Shown: piece by piece, positions 1 through 7,492 of the stretch
Numbering within the stretch: position 1 is the first letter of the stretch
Layout: each line of letters begins with the position of its first letter
DNA from: Solirubrobacteraceae bacterium
Lineage (GTDB): Bacteria; Actinomycetota; Thermoleophilia; Solirubrobacterales; Solirubrobacteraceae
Reading direction: 5' to 3'
Assembly: GCA_036273655.1 (NCBI GenBank)
Contig: DASUHF010000035.1
Span: 3,232 to 67,231, forward strand
DNA: 64,000 bases
The notes under the pieces: model-generated
Database searches by the model: none
Told to the model about the DNA's origin: nothing
What the model saw: the letters and a program-made list of their open reading frames with translations, nothing else
Position numbers and translations under genes: made by a program

Positions 1-80
1 CGCCGCTGTCGGCTCGACGCCCGACTGGTCGCGGGCCGGGCTGATCAAACTCTTTAGCCGGGCCCGGCGATCTGCTTGAA

Positions 81-2261
81 GTGCTGCATGCCACCGGCGA
101 GCGCCTGGCAGCGCGGGCGCGTCGAGGTGGTCTGGTGGTGGTCGTCGATGATGCGCACTGGCTCGATCCGGCGTCATCGGCGCTGCTCCTGGCGCTGGTG
201 ACGCGCCACCACGTGCGGGTGCTCGCGACCGTGCGCGCGGGCACCCCGGCGCCCGACGCGGTCAGGGCGTTGTGGAAGGACGCGGGACTGTTGCGGCTGG
301 ATCTCGAGCCGCTCGGCCAGGACGCGACGACCGATATGGCCGTTCGGTTGCTGGGCGCCCCGGTCGAGCGGGGAACCCAGCGGTGGCTGTGGCAAACCAG
401 CGCCGGTAACCCGCTGTTCTTGAGCGAGCTGGTGCGTTCAGGGGTCGAGCGCGGAGCGCTGGTGCTCGAGCGGGGGCATTGGCGGCGCGTCGCCGCTGTC
501 CCGCCGGCCGAGCGGCTGCTCGATCTGCTCGACGAGCGAATCGATGCGCTCACCGCGGCCGAGCGCAGAGCGTTTGCGCTGGTGGCGCTCACCGAGCCGG
601 CCAGCCTCGAGCTGCTCGCGCGGCTCGACGCGTTCGACTCGGCGCGGTCGCTGGAGTCGCGCGGACTGCTGGCCGGTGCGCCGACGGCGGCTGGAGCAGG
701 CCTGCGGGTGGGTCACCCGCTGTACGGCGAGGCGGTGCGCGCCTCGTTGCGGGCGACGGAGGCGCGGGCGCTGCACCGCGAGTTGGCCGAGCAGCTTGAC
801 CCGGCGGCTGCGGGCAATCGCCTGCGGCTGGTGTCGTGGGCGCTCGAGGACGGCCAGCCGGTGGAGACCAGCGAGCTTTCGGAGGGCGCTGAGGCGGCGC
901 TGGCTGCCTTCGATCCAGAGCTGGCGATTCGCCTGGGCCGGGCCGCGGTCGACGCCGGCGGCGGACTCGACGCCACGCTGAGCCTGGCCAGCGCGCTGCG
1001 GGCGGTCGGACGCTTCGGAGAGGCCGAGCAACATCTCCGCGCGGTCGAGGCCGCCGCCCGGGGCGGGCCGCGCATCACGACCTATCTCTTCCTGCGCGTC
1101 GGCAACGCATGGGCGCTCGGCGACTCCGCACAGGCGCGTGCCCTTCTCGCTCGCCGGGATCTCGCGCGTGACAGCGAGGCGATCGCCGCGGCGCTGTACT
1201 CCTACGAGGGACGTCACCGTGAAGCGGTCAGCTCCGCCCGGAAGGCGCTCGCCGCCGACACCACCGACCGGCTGCGATCGCCGCGATCGCAGGCGGATAT
1301 GGCCTCGCTGTGCTCGGCGAGCCGCGCGCCGCGCTGGAGTTGCTCGACCGCGCGCAGCGGGTCGCCGCGGGCGTCGAGTCGGAATGGCCGCTGGCCGCGA
1401 TCGCCGTGCTCGCCGCCTTCTACGCCGGCGAGCAGTGGGCCGAGCGCCGCGACAGTCTCAACGAACCCCACGCCGCGGCTCGTGCCGCCGGCGACGACGC
1501 TCGCCGCCGCGCGCGCCACCGCCGGCGACGTCGAGGGCGCGAGGGAGGCCTGGGAGACCGGAGCCCGGCTGCTCGGCGAACGGCCACCCAATCCGCTCGC
1601 TCGCACCCTGGTCGATCGTGCCGCCGTGCTCGTCTGTGCCGGCGAGGGCGACCCCGTCCGCGCCCGGGCACTCGCGCTGGATGGCGCGCGTGCGGCCGGC
1701 GAGGCGATCATGGTGGAGGGTGAGATGCTGCACCTGCATCTGCGCGTCGGCGGCGATCCCAAGCACGTCGCCAGCCGACTCGAGCAGATCGCAGCGGCCA
1801 CCCAAGCGCCCATGGCCCAGCTGTGGGCGCGCCAGGCGACCGGCGCCCGCGATCACGATGCGGCCGCGCTCGCAGCCGTCGCCAGCGGCTACGAACAGAT
1901 CGGCGCGCGCATCTACGCGGCCGAAGCTGCCGCCCAGGCGGCGATCGCGCACGCTGGCACCGGCAACCGCGACGCCGCTCGGCGTCAAGAGGCGCGGGCT
2001 GCCCGCCTCGCCGCCGGTTGCGGTGCCGGCGGTCTCACATTGGTCGCCACGATGCGCACGTCCGGCCTGACGGCGCGCGAACAGCAGATCACACGACTCG
2101 TGGCGCTCGGCCTGAGCAACGCCCAGATCGCCGAGCGACTGTCGCTGTCCGTCCGCACCGTCGAATCGCACGTCTACCGAGCCACCACCAAGCTCGGGGT
2201 CCGCGACCGCACAGCGCTCGCAGCACTGCTCGACACGCGCCGCGTGACTGCCGGCACCTGA
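81..2261 (+). CDS. LuxR/LAL-type transcriptional regulator (GerE HTH at C-terminus); frame integrity doubtful
   Basis: 726-aa ORF. C-terminal LTAREQQITRLVALGLSNAQIAERLSLSVRTVESHVYRATTKLGV is a LuxR/GerE HTH. N-terminal VVVVDDAHWLDPASSALL resembles the Walker-B-like block of large ATP-binding LuxR regulators, but no P-loop precedes it (in-frame stop at 42-44). The middle is Ala/Leu-rich and TPR-like. Confidence 0.75.
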   Translation: MLHATGERLAARARRGGLVVVVDDAHWLDPASSALLLALVTRHHVRVLATVRAGTPAPDAVRALWKDAGLLRLDLEPLGQDATTDMAVRLLGAPVERGTQRWLWQTSAGNPLFLSELVRSGVERGALVLERGHWRRVAAVPPAERLLDLLDERIDALTAAERRAFALVALTEPASLELLARLDAFDSARSLESRGLLAGAPTAAGAGLRVGHPLYGEAVRASLRATEARALHRELAEQLDPAAAGNRLRLVSWALEDGQPVETSELSEGAEAALAAFDPELAIRLGRAAVDAGGGLDATLSLASALRAVGRFGEAEQHLRAVEAAARGGPRITTYLFLRVGNAWALGDSAQARALLARRDLARDSEAIAAALYSYEGRHREAVSSARKALAADTTDRLRSPRSQADMASLCSASRAPRWSCSTARSGSPRASSRNGRWPRSPCSPPSTPASSGPSAATVSTNPTPRLVPPATTLAAARATAGDVEGAREAWETGARLLGERPPNPLARTLVDRAAVLVCAGEGDPVRARALALDGARAAGEAIMVEGEMLHLHLRVGGDPKHVASRLEQIAAATQAPMAQLWARQATGARDHDAAALAAVASGYEQIGARIYAAEAAAQAAIAHAGTGNRDAARRQEARAARLAAGCGAGGLTLVATMRTSGLTAREQQITRLVALGLSNAQIAERLSLSVRTVESHVYRATTKLGVRDRTALAALLDTRRVTAGT

Positions 2262-2332
2262 CCGGCGCGCACATACGCTTCGGGTTCGGGCGTTCGGGCC
2301 TTTACGGGCGAGGCTCGGGGTTCGGGCCGCTC

Positions 2333-2590
2333 CCGGCCGGGACGTTCGCGGCGGATGTCGAGGTGCCGCAGGGAGACCTCACCGATCCCTCGACGCTGCG
2401 CGGCGTGTGGGACGGGGTCGGCGGCGTGTTCCTGCTGCCCGGATACGACGAGACGCCGGCGATCCTCCGGGCGGTCATGGCGGCGGGAGTGCAACGGGTC
2501 GTGCTGCTGTCGGGCGGCTCGGCCGGCAGCGGCGACATGACCAACGCGGTCACCGCCTACCGCCAACTGGCGAACATTGCAGATCTCGTT
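2333..2590 (+). pseudogene. relic of an NmrA/SDR-like NAD(P)-binding protein (internal fragment only)
   Basis: Translation VEVPQGDLTDPSTLRGVWDGVGGVFLLPGYDETPAILRAVMAAGVQRVVLLSGGSAG matches central NmrA-family blocks. There is no Rossmann GxxGxxG N-terminus and no C-terminal half. It is squeezed between the LuxR stop (2261) and the mtnA stop (2619). Confidence 0.5.
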
Positions 2591-2620
2591 CGGACGGCCC
2601 GAACGGATCCCGCAATGTTC
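2572..2620 (-). terminator. compound stem-loop overlapping the mtnA stop codon (possible terminator, no U-tract)
   Basis: GAACATTGC-a-GATC-t-CGTTCGG-acggc-CCGAACG-GATC-cc-GCAATGTTC gives 9+4+7 bp of pairing. It lies at the 3' end of the bolA-grxD-mtnA transcription unit. Confidence 0.45.
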
Positions 2621-3671
2621 AACCCAAGCGCGCTGCCACCGCCGGTGCCAGCAGCCGTGCGATCGAGTCGCCGTCGACCGGGCGCGCGACGCCGCGCTCG
2701 GTGACGAGTGCGGTGACCAGGTGCGCCGGGGTGATATCGAACGCGGGGTTCAGTGCCGCGCTGGCCGCGGGTGCCACCCGGAAGCGGCCGCCGTCGGCCG
2801 GGACCGAGGCGACCTCGTCCGGATCCCGCTGCTCGATCACGATCTCTGAGCCCGACGGCGTGTCCGGGTCGATCGTCGAGCACGGGCCCGCGACGACGAA
2901 CGGGATCTGAGCCGCGGCCGCCGCCAGCGCGTGCGCATAGGTGCCGACCTTGTTGGCGACGTCGCCGTTGGCCGCGACGCGGTCACACCCGACGATCACC
3001 GCGCCGACATCGCCGCGCGCGATCAGCCCGGCGGCCGCGCCGTCGACGATCACCGCGTGCTCGATTCCGAGTCGCCCGAGCTCGTAGGCGGTCAGCCGCG
3101 CTCCTTGCAGCAGCGGTCGCGTCTCGGTCGCGAGCACGAGCTCGAGCTCGCCGCGGTCGTGCAACTCCGCGATCGGCGCCAACGCCGTACCGCGACCGGG
3201 CGCCGCCAGCGCGCCGGTGTTGCAGTGAGTGAGGATCCGCCGCGCGCCCAGCGACGACAGCAGCTCGGCGCCATGCGCGGCGATCGCCTCGCTGGAAGCG
3301 GTCTCCTGGCGCTCGATCGCCTGCGCCTCGGCCAACGCCCGCGCCGCCCGCCCGCCGTCGTCGCCCGTCTCCGCGGCGGCACGGACACGCTCGACCGCCC
3401 AGGCGAGATTGACGGCGGTCGGCCGTGCCGCCACTAGCGTCCCGCAGGCGCGCTGCAGCGAGCCCGGGTCTCCGGCGAGCTCGAGCGCGACCCCGTAGGC
3501 CGCCGCGACGCCGATCAGCGGCGCGCCGCGGATGCTCAGGCGCCGCAGCGCCCGCGCGACGTCGTCTGCGCCGCGCAACCGAAGCCAGCGCTCGTCCCAC
3601 GGCAGCAGCGTCTGGTCGAGCGCCCAGAGGACACCGTCGTCGTGGCGCAGCGCCTTCAGCTGCTGGGCCAC
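2619..3671 (-). CDS. mtnA: S-methyl-5-thioribose-1-phosphate isomerase (eIF-2B alpha/beta/delta-like family)
   Basis: 350 aa. N-terminus ALRHDDGVLWALDQTLLPWDERWLRL, plus SIRGAPLIGVAAAYG, HCNTGALA and ANKVGTY blocks typical of MtnA. Confidence 0.88.
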   Translation of the reverse strand: MAQQLKALRHDDGVLWALDQTLLPWDERWLRLRGADDVARALRRLSIRGAPLIGVAAAYGVALELAGDPGSLQRACGTLVAARPTAVNLAWAVERVRAAAETGDDGGRAARALAEAQAIERQETASSEAIAAHGAELLSSLGARRILTHCNTGALAAPGRGTALAPIAELHDRGELELVLATETRPLLQGARLTAYELGRLGIEHAVIVDGAAAGLIARGDVGAVIVGCDRVAANGDVANKVGTYAHALAAAAAQIPFVVAGPCSTIDPDTPSGSEIVIEQRDPDEVASVPADGGRFRVAPAASAALNPAFDITPAHLVTALVTERGVARPVDGDSIARLLAPAVAARLG

Positions 3672-3686
3672 GACGGGCCTAGTCCG

Positions 3687-4088
3687 TTACAGCCGGTTGT
3701 CGATCGAGAGCGGGGCGGTGGGCTGCGCCGCGACCGGATCGGCCGTCTGCGAGTCGGCCGGCCGCTCGACGCCGAGCGTGTCGAACAGCTCGCCGGACTC
3801 GTACATCTCGGTGACGATGTCACAGCCACCGATCAGCTCGCCGCCGACGAACAGCTGCGGGATCGTCGGCCACTTCGAGAGCGCCGACAGCTCCTGGCGG
3901 ATCCGCGGATCGGGTAGGACGTCGACGGCGGCGAAGCGCGCGCCGACCGACTGCAGGATCGCGACCGTGCGGGCCGAGAACCCGCACGCGGGAGCGTCGG
4001 GGTTTCCCTTCATGAACAGGATCACCGGGTTCTCGGTGATCGCTTCCTGGATCGCGTCTCGCATCGGGTTCGAGGTCTCGTCGCTCAT
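3687..4088 (-). CDS. grxD: monothiol glutaredoxin (Grx4/GrxD family, CGFS active site)
   Basis: 133 aa with ILFMKGNPDAPACGFSARTV and WPTIPQLFVGGELIGGCDI. Confidence 0.9.
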   Translation of the reverse strand: MSDETSNPMRDAIQEAITENPVILFMKGNPDAPACGFSARTVAILQSVGARFAAVDVLPDPRIRQELSALSKWPTIPQLFVGGELIGGCDIVTEMYESGELFDTLGVERPADSQTADPVAAQPTAPLSIDNRL

Positions 4089-4324
4089 CGCGCCTCCTCT
4101 GGCGTCTTGTTTCGAGTCTGGATCGAGAGCGCGTGGATGCGGTCGCCGAGCTCGGCTCCGAACACGTCGTAGACGAGCCGATGCTGGGCGATCCGAGACA
4201 GCCCTTCGAACGCCGGCGCGCTGACCACGGCGTTGAAGTGGTGGCCGTCGCCGGTGACCTCGGCCACCGATCCGGGAATGCCCGCCTCGATCCGCTCCTT
4301 GAGCTCCTGTGGGGTTGCGGACAT
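4085..4324 (-). CDS. BolA family protein
   Basis: MSATPQELKERIEAGIPGSVAEVTGDGHHFNAVVSAPAFEGLSRIAQHRLVY is BolA-like. Its stop overlaps the grxD ATG (ATGA). The ORF track starts at 4357; the ATG at 4324 is preferred. Confidence 0.8.
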   Translation of the reverse strand: MSATPQELKERIEAGIPGSVAEVTGDGHHFNAVVSAPAFEGLSRIAQHRLVYDVFGAELGDRIHALSIQTRNKTPEEAR

Positions 4325-4345
4325 GGGGTTAAGCGTAGCCGCACC

Positions 4346-4357
4346 GTGCCGCGGCAC
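4346..4357. promoter_or_regulatory. 12-bp perfect palindrome GTGCCGCGGCAC in the bolA/erpA divergent region; TACACT -10-like hexamer at 4365-4370
   Basis: Read directly from the sequence. The palindrome sits 24 nt upstream of the erpA ATG (4381). TACACT lies 10 nt upstream of the ATG and no SD is visible, suggesting a near-leaderless erpA. Confidence 0.3.
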
Positions 4358-4380
4358 CCGTCGCTACACTTCGTAAAGCT

Positions 4381-4734
4381 ATGATCACTCTCACCGACAA
4401 CGGCGCCGAGAAGGTTCGCGAGTTCCTTGCCGCTCAGGAGGCCGTCGCCGACACGGCGGGCCTGCGCGTCGGGGTGCGGGGCGGAGGCTGCTCGGGCTTC
4501 CAGTACGCCCTCGCGTTCGACGAGCAGCGAGACGGGGACACCGTGTTCGAGGACAAGGGGATCCGCCTGCTGGTCGACACGCCGAGTCTGCCGTACGTGC
4601 GGGGCTCGGTGATCGACTTCGTCGACGGGCTCCAAGGCGCCGGCTTCAAGGTCGACAACCCCAACGTGGTCGCCGCGTGCGGCTGCGGCTCTTCCTTCCG
4701 CGTGGCGGAGGAGGAGCAGGTCTCCGCGGTCTAG
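4381..4734 (+). CDS. erpA: iron-sulfur cluster insertion/carrier protein (HesB/IscA/ErpA family)
   Basis: 117 aa with LRVGVRGGGCSGFQY and the C-terminal CGCGSSF cysteine signature. Confidence 0.9.
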   Translation: MITLTDNGAEKVREFLAAQEAVADTAGLRVGVRGGGCSGFQYALAFDEQRDGDTVFEDKGIRLLVDTPSLPYVRGSVIDFVDGLQGAGFKVDNPNVVAACGCGSSFRVAEEEQVSAV

Positions 4735-5183
4735 TCGCGCGCGCCGCGCGGGTGGGCGATGATCACCGTCCGCTCGGTGTGAGCGGTGATCGACGACGTG
4801 ACGCTGCCCGACAACAGGCCGCCGAAGCGGCCGTGGCAGTGGGCGCAGAGCACGATCGCCGCCGCGTCGCGCTCGTCGGCGAGCTCGGCGATCCCCTTCC
4901 AGATCGGCGACGCCTCGCGTTCGACCGCCTGCGCCTGAAAGCCGAGCTCGCGCGCCAGCTCGGCGCCCTGCTCGGCCGTCTGCAGCGCCGCGGCGCGCAC
5001 CGCCGGCACGTGCTCGGCGTTGAACGAGCCGCCGTCCGCCGGGACGAAGCCGACATCGAACGGCTGCCACACGCAGACGACGAGGAGCAACCGGTCGGGA
5101 CGCAGCAGCTTCTCGGCCTGCTCGATCGCGAGCCGGCCGAGATCTGAGCCGTCGAACGCAACGACGATCGGGCCGTCGTTCAC
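4731..5183 (-). CDS. universal stress protein (UspA family)
   Basis: C-terminal 150 aa of the 4731..6326 ORF: IVVAFDGSDLGRLAIEQA ... IVLCAHCHGRFGGLLSGSVTSSITAHTERTVIIA. GTG at 5183 overlaps the MFS stop (GTGA). Confidence 0.8.
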   Translation of the reverse strand: MNDGPIVVAFDGSDLGRLAIEQAEKLLRPDRLLLVVCVWQPFDVGFVPADGGSFNAEHVPAVRAAALQTAEQGAELARELGFQAQAVEREASPIWKGIAELADERDAAAIVLCAHCHGRFGGLLSGSVTSSITAHTERTVIIAHPRGARD

Positions 5184-6661
5184 GAATGGATCTCCGCGAC
5201 GCGGCGCCCAGTGCGCTCGCGCACGGCCGCCAGCAGCGGCGGCGAGTACCAGGCCGGGTGCTCGCCGGCCAGGAACTGCTCGATGTCGGCCGGGGCCGCC
5301 CGGGCGCCGCCGAGCGCGTACAGCGCGACAGCGATCAGCGAGCCGGCGATCGCCAGGCCCGCGCCGATCCACAGCGCGATCCCGGTGCCGCCGTACGGTC
5401 CCGTGCCGACCGTCTGAGCGAAGTGCGCGAACACAGGAGCGATCATGAACGCCGCGACCGCGCGCATCAACTCCACGATCGCGAACACCCGCTGCAGGTT
5501 CAGCGCCTGCAGCGAGAAGCCGGCGACGAACAGCGCCGGGGCGACGGTCGCGCCGACCCCGATCCCGGTCAGGCCCGAGCCGACCAGCGTCAGCGCCACC
5601 GTCGGCGGCAGCTCGATCCTGAACGTGACGATGCCGGCCGCGAGGAACAGCATCCCGATCAGCGGCAGGTACTGCAGCCCGCGGCGCTGCAGCACCGCGC
5701 CGAGCACGATCGCGGTGATCACTGCGCCCGCGAACTCGGGCAGATACAGCAGCCCCAGGTGCAGCGGGCTGTGCAGCGGCGCCAGCACGTTCGCCGACAG
5801 ATCGGTGGCCGACACCGAGGCGGCAGCGGCGAACAGCGCGATCACGATGCCCGCGACCGGGATCGTGCTCGTCAGCATCGACTTGATCGTGAGCAGCGGC
5901 CGCTCCTTCAGCGACTGGCTCGTGATCAGCACGACGATCACGGCGAGGCCGCCGATCAGCGGCACGGCGGTGGTCGCGCCGAGGAACGGGTGCGTGAGCA
6001 ATTGCGAGGCGCCGAAGAAGGCGGCGCCGGAGCCGACCGCCGCCAGCACGATCGCGAGCGGGTCCTTCGGCGCGGTCGGGTCGGCCGGCGGCGCGTCCTC
6101 GAACGTCAGCACCGACAGCAGCAGCGCCGTCATCGCGATTCCGGCCACGACCCAGAACAGCGGCCGCCACCCGTGGGCGCCCGCCTGGATGCCGCCGATC
6201 AGCGGCCCGAGCGCGACCGCGCCGAAGATGCACATGTTCATGATCACCGCGGTTGGGCGCAGGCGCGACGGCGGGAAGCCGAGGAACAGCGGCGGCGCCG
6301 CCGCGATCAGCAACAGGCTCGTGCACAGCCCCTGCACCACGTGGCCGACGATGAACATCGCCGGGCTCTGTGCGGCCGCGGTCATCACCGACCCGATCAC
6401 GAGGAAGATCGCATACAGCACCATCATCCGTCGCTGCGGCAGCAGCGCCGCGAACTGGACGGCGAGCACGGTGCCGACCGCGTAGGCGGCGTTCGCGAGC
6501 CCGAGGCCGAGGCTCATCGTCTGCAGGCTCATGTGCAGGTCGCCGGCGATCGTCGGCGTGATCGGCCCGAGTGCACCCGACAGCGCCAGGTACGGCACGA
6601 GCGCGAATACGACCATCGAGGCGACGGGGTAGTAGCGGCCGGCGAGGGGTCCTTGGCGCAT
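5180..6661 (-). CDS. MFS transporter (DHA2-like, about 14 TM segments)
   Basis: 493 aa, hydrophobic throughout. Has MFS-like LPQRRMMVLYAIFLVIGSVMTA and GAVALGPLIGG blocks. Confidence 0.85.
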   Translation of the reverse strand: MRQGPLAGRYYPVASMVVFALVPYLALSGALGPITPTIAGDLHMSLQTMSLGLGLANAAYAVGTVLAVQFAALLPQRRMMVLYAIFLVIGSVMTAAAQSPAMFIVGHVVQGLCTSLLLIAAAPPLFLGFPPSRLRPTAVIMNMCIFGAVALGPLIGGIQAGAHGWRPLFWVVAGIAMTALLLSVLTFEDAPPADPTAPKDPLAIVLAAVGSGAAFFGASQLLTHPFLGATTAVPLIGGLAVIVVLITSQSLKERPLLTIKSMLTSTIPVAGIVIALFAAAASVSATDLSANVLAPLHSPLHLGLLYLPEFAGAVITAIVLGAVLQRRGLQYLPLIGMLFLAAGIVTFRIELPPTVALTLVGSGLTGIGVGATVAPALFVAGFSLQALNLQRVFAIVELMRAVAAFMIAPVFAHFAQTVGTGPYGGTGIALWIGAGLAIAGSLIAVALYALGGARAAPADIEQFLAGEHPAWYSPPLLAAVRERTGRRVAEIHS

Positions 6662-6744
6662 CAGCGCACCCCTTCTATGGTGGGTGAGGGCTCGAGCATC
6701 GCGTCGAGCCTAGCGCACCCGGAGACCTCCTCCGGATGTAGAAC

Positions 6745-7485
6745 TCATTGAACGCCGACGGTGAGCAACTCGCCGTCGAGCGAGCCGAGCGCGCGTTCCA
6801 GCGAGCACGCGACGCACGTGAACGTGGGCGTGTCGCGCTTGGTGTAGGCGCTCGACTCGGTCGTGCGCAACCGCTGCACGAGGTCGAGGAAGTCGCCCGG
6901 GTTGTCTGACTCGAACGCGACCACGAACTCCTGGTCGTCGAGCCCGAACGAGTAGCTCGTGTTGAGGTCGACGCTCGGGAACTCCTTGCCGACCTTGATG
7001 TGCTCCTGCATGATCCGCCAGCGCTCCTGGGGATCCAGCAGATACCAGTCGCGCGTCTTGACGAACGGGTACACGAACAGGTACTTGCCGTGCGCCGGAC
7101 GCACCTCCAGCCGCGACTCATCGGAGTACTCGGACTCCTTGGTCATCGCCAGAAACGAGTAGCTGGTCTCGCACCACTTCATCAGGCCGCTCTGCTGCAA
7201 GACGACGTGGAACTCGTGGATCCGCTCGAGGTTCTGGGCCTGTGAGAGCAGCATCATGTCTGCGTCGCCACGGGTCCCGACCAGCGAGAACGACCGCAGC
7301 AGATGACCGTCGGCGAAGTCCTCGCAGGCCGCCGCGAACTGGAGCTTGTGTTCGGCGCGCTCGGATGAATCCAGGCGCCTCCAGGCAGGATCCACCTTCA
7401 GGAAGGTGTATTTGACGAAGTGCCTGACCCTCATGCGAATACGATGATAAGCATCCCGAAACGCCCGTTCCCCGGCGGGGTACAA
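6745..7485 (-). CDS. hemQ: coproheme decarboxylase / chlorite dismutase-family protein (HemQ/ChdC)
   Basis: YTFLKVDPAWRRL, YLFVYPFVKTRDWYLLDPQERWRIMQEHIKVGKEF and FVVAFESDNPGDFLDLV are typical of actinobacterial HemQ. Alternative start at the ATG at 7434. Confidence 0.85.
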   Translation of the reverse strand: MYPAGERAFRDAYHRIRMRVRHFVKYTFLKVDPAWRRLDSSERAEHKLQFAAACEDFADGHLLRSFSLVGTRGDADMMLLSQAQNLERIHEFHVVLQQSGLMKWCETSYSFLAMTKESEYSDESRLEVRPAHGKYLFVYPFVKTRDWYLLDPQERWRIMQEHIKVGKEFPSVDLNTSYSFGLDDQEFVVAFESDNPGDFLDLVQRLRTTESSAYTKRDTPTFTCVACSLERALGSLDGELLTVGVQ

Positions 7486-7492
7486 GGATAAG

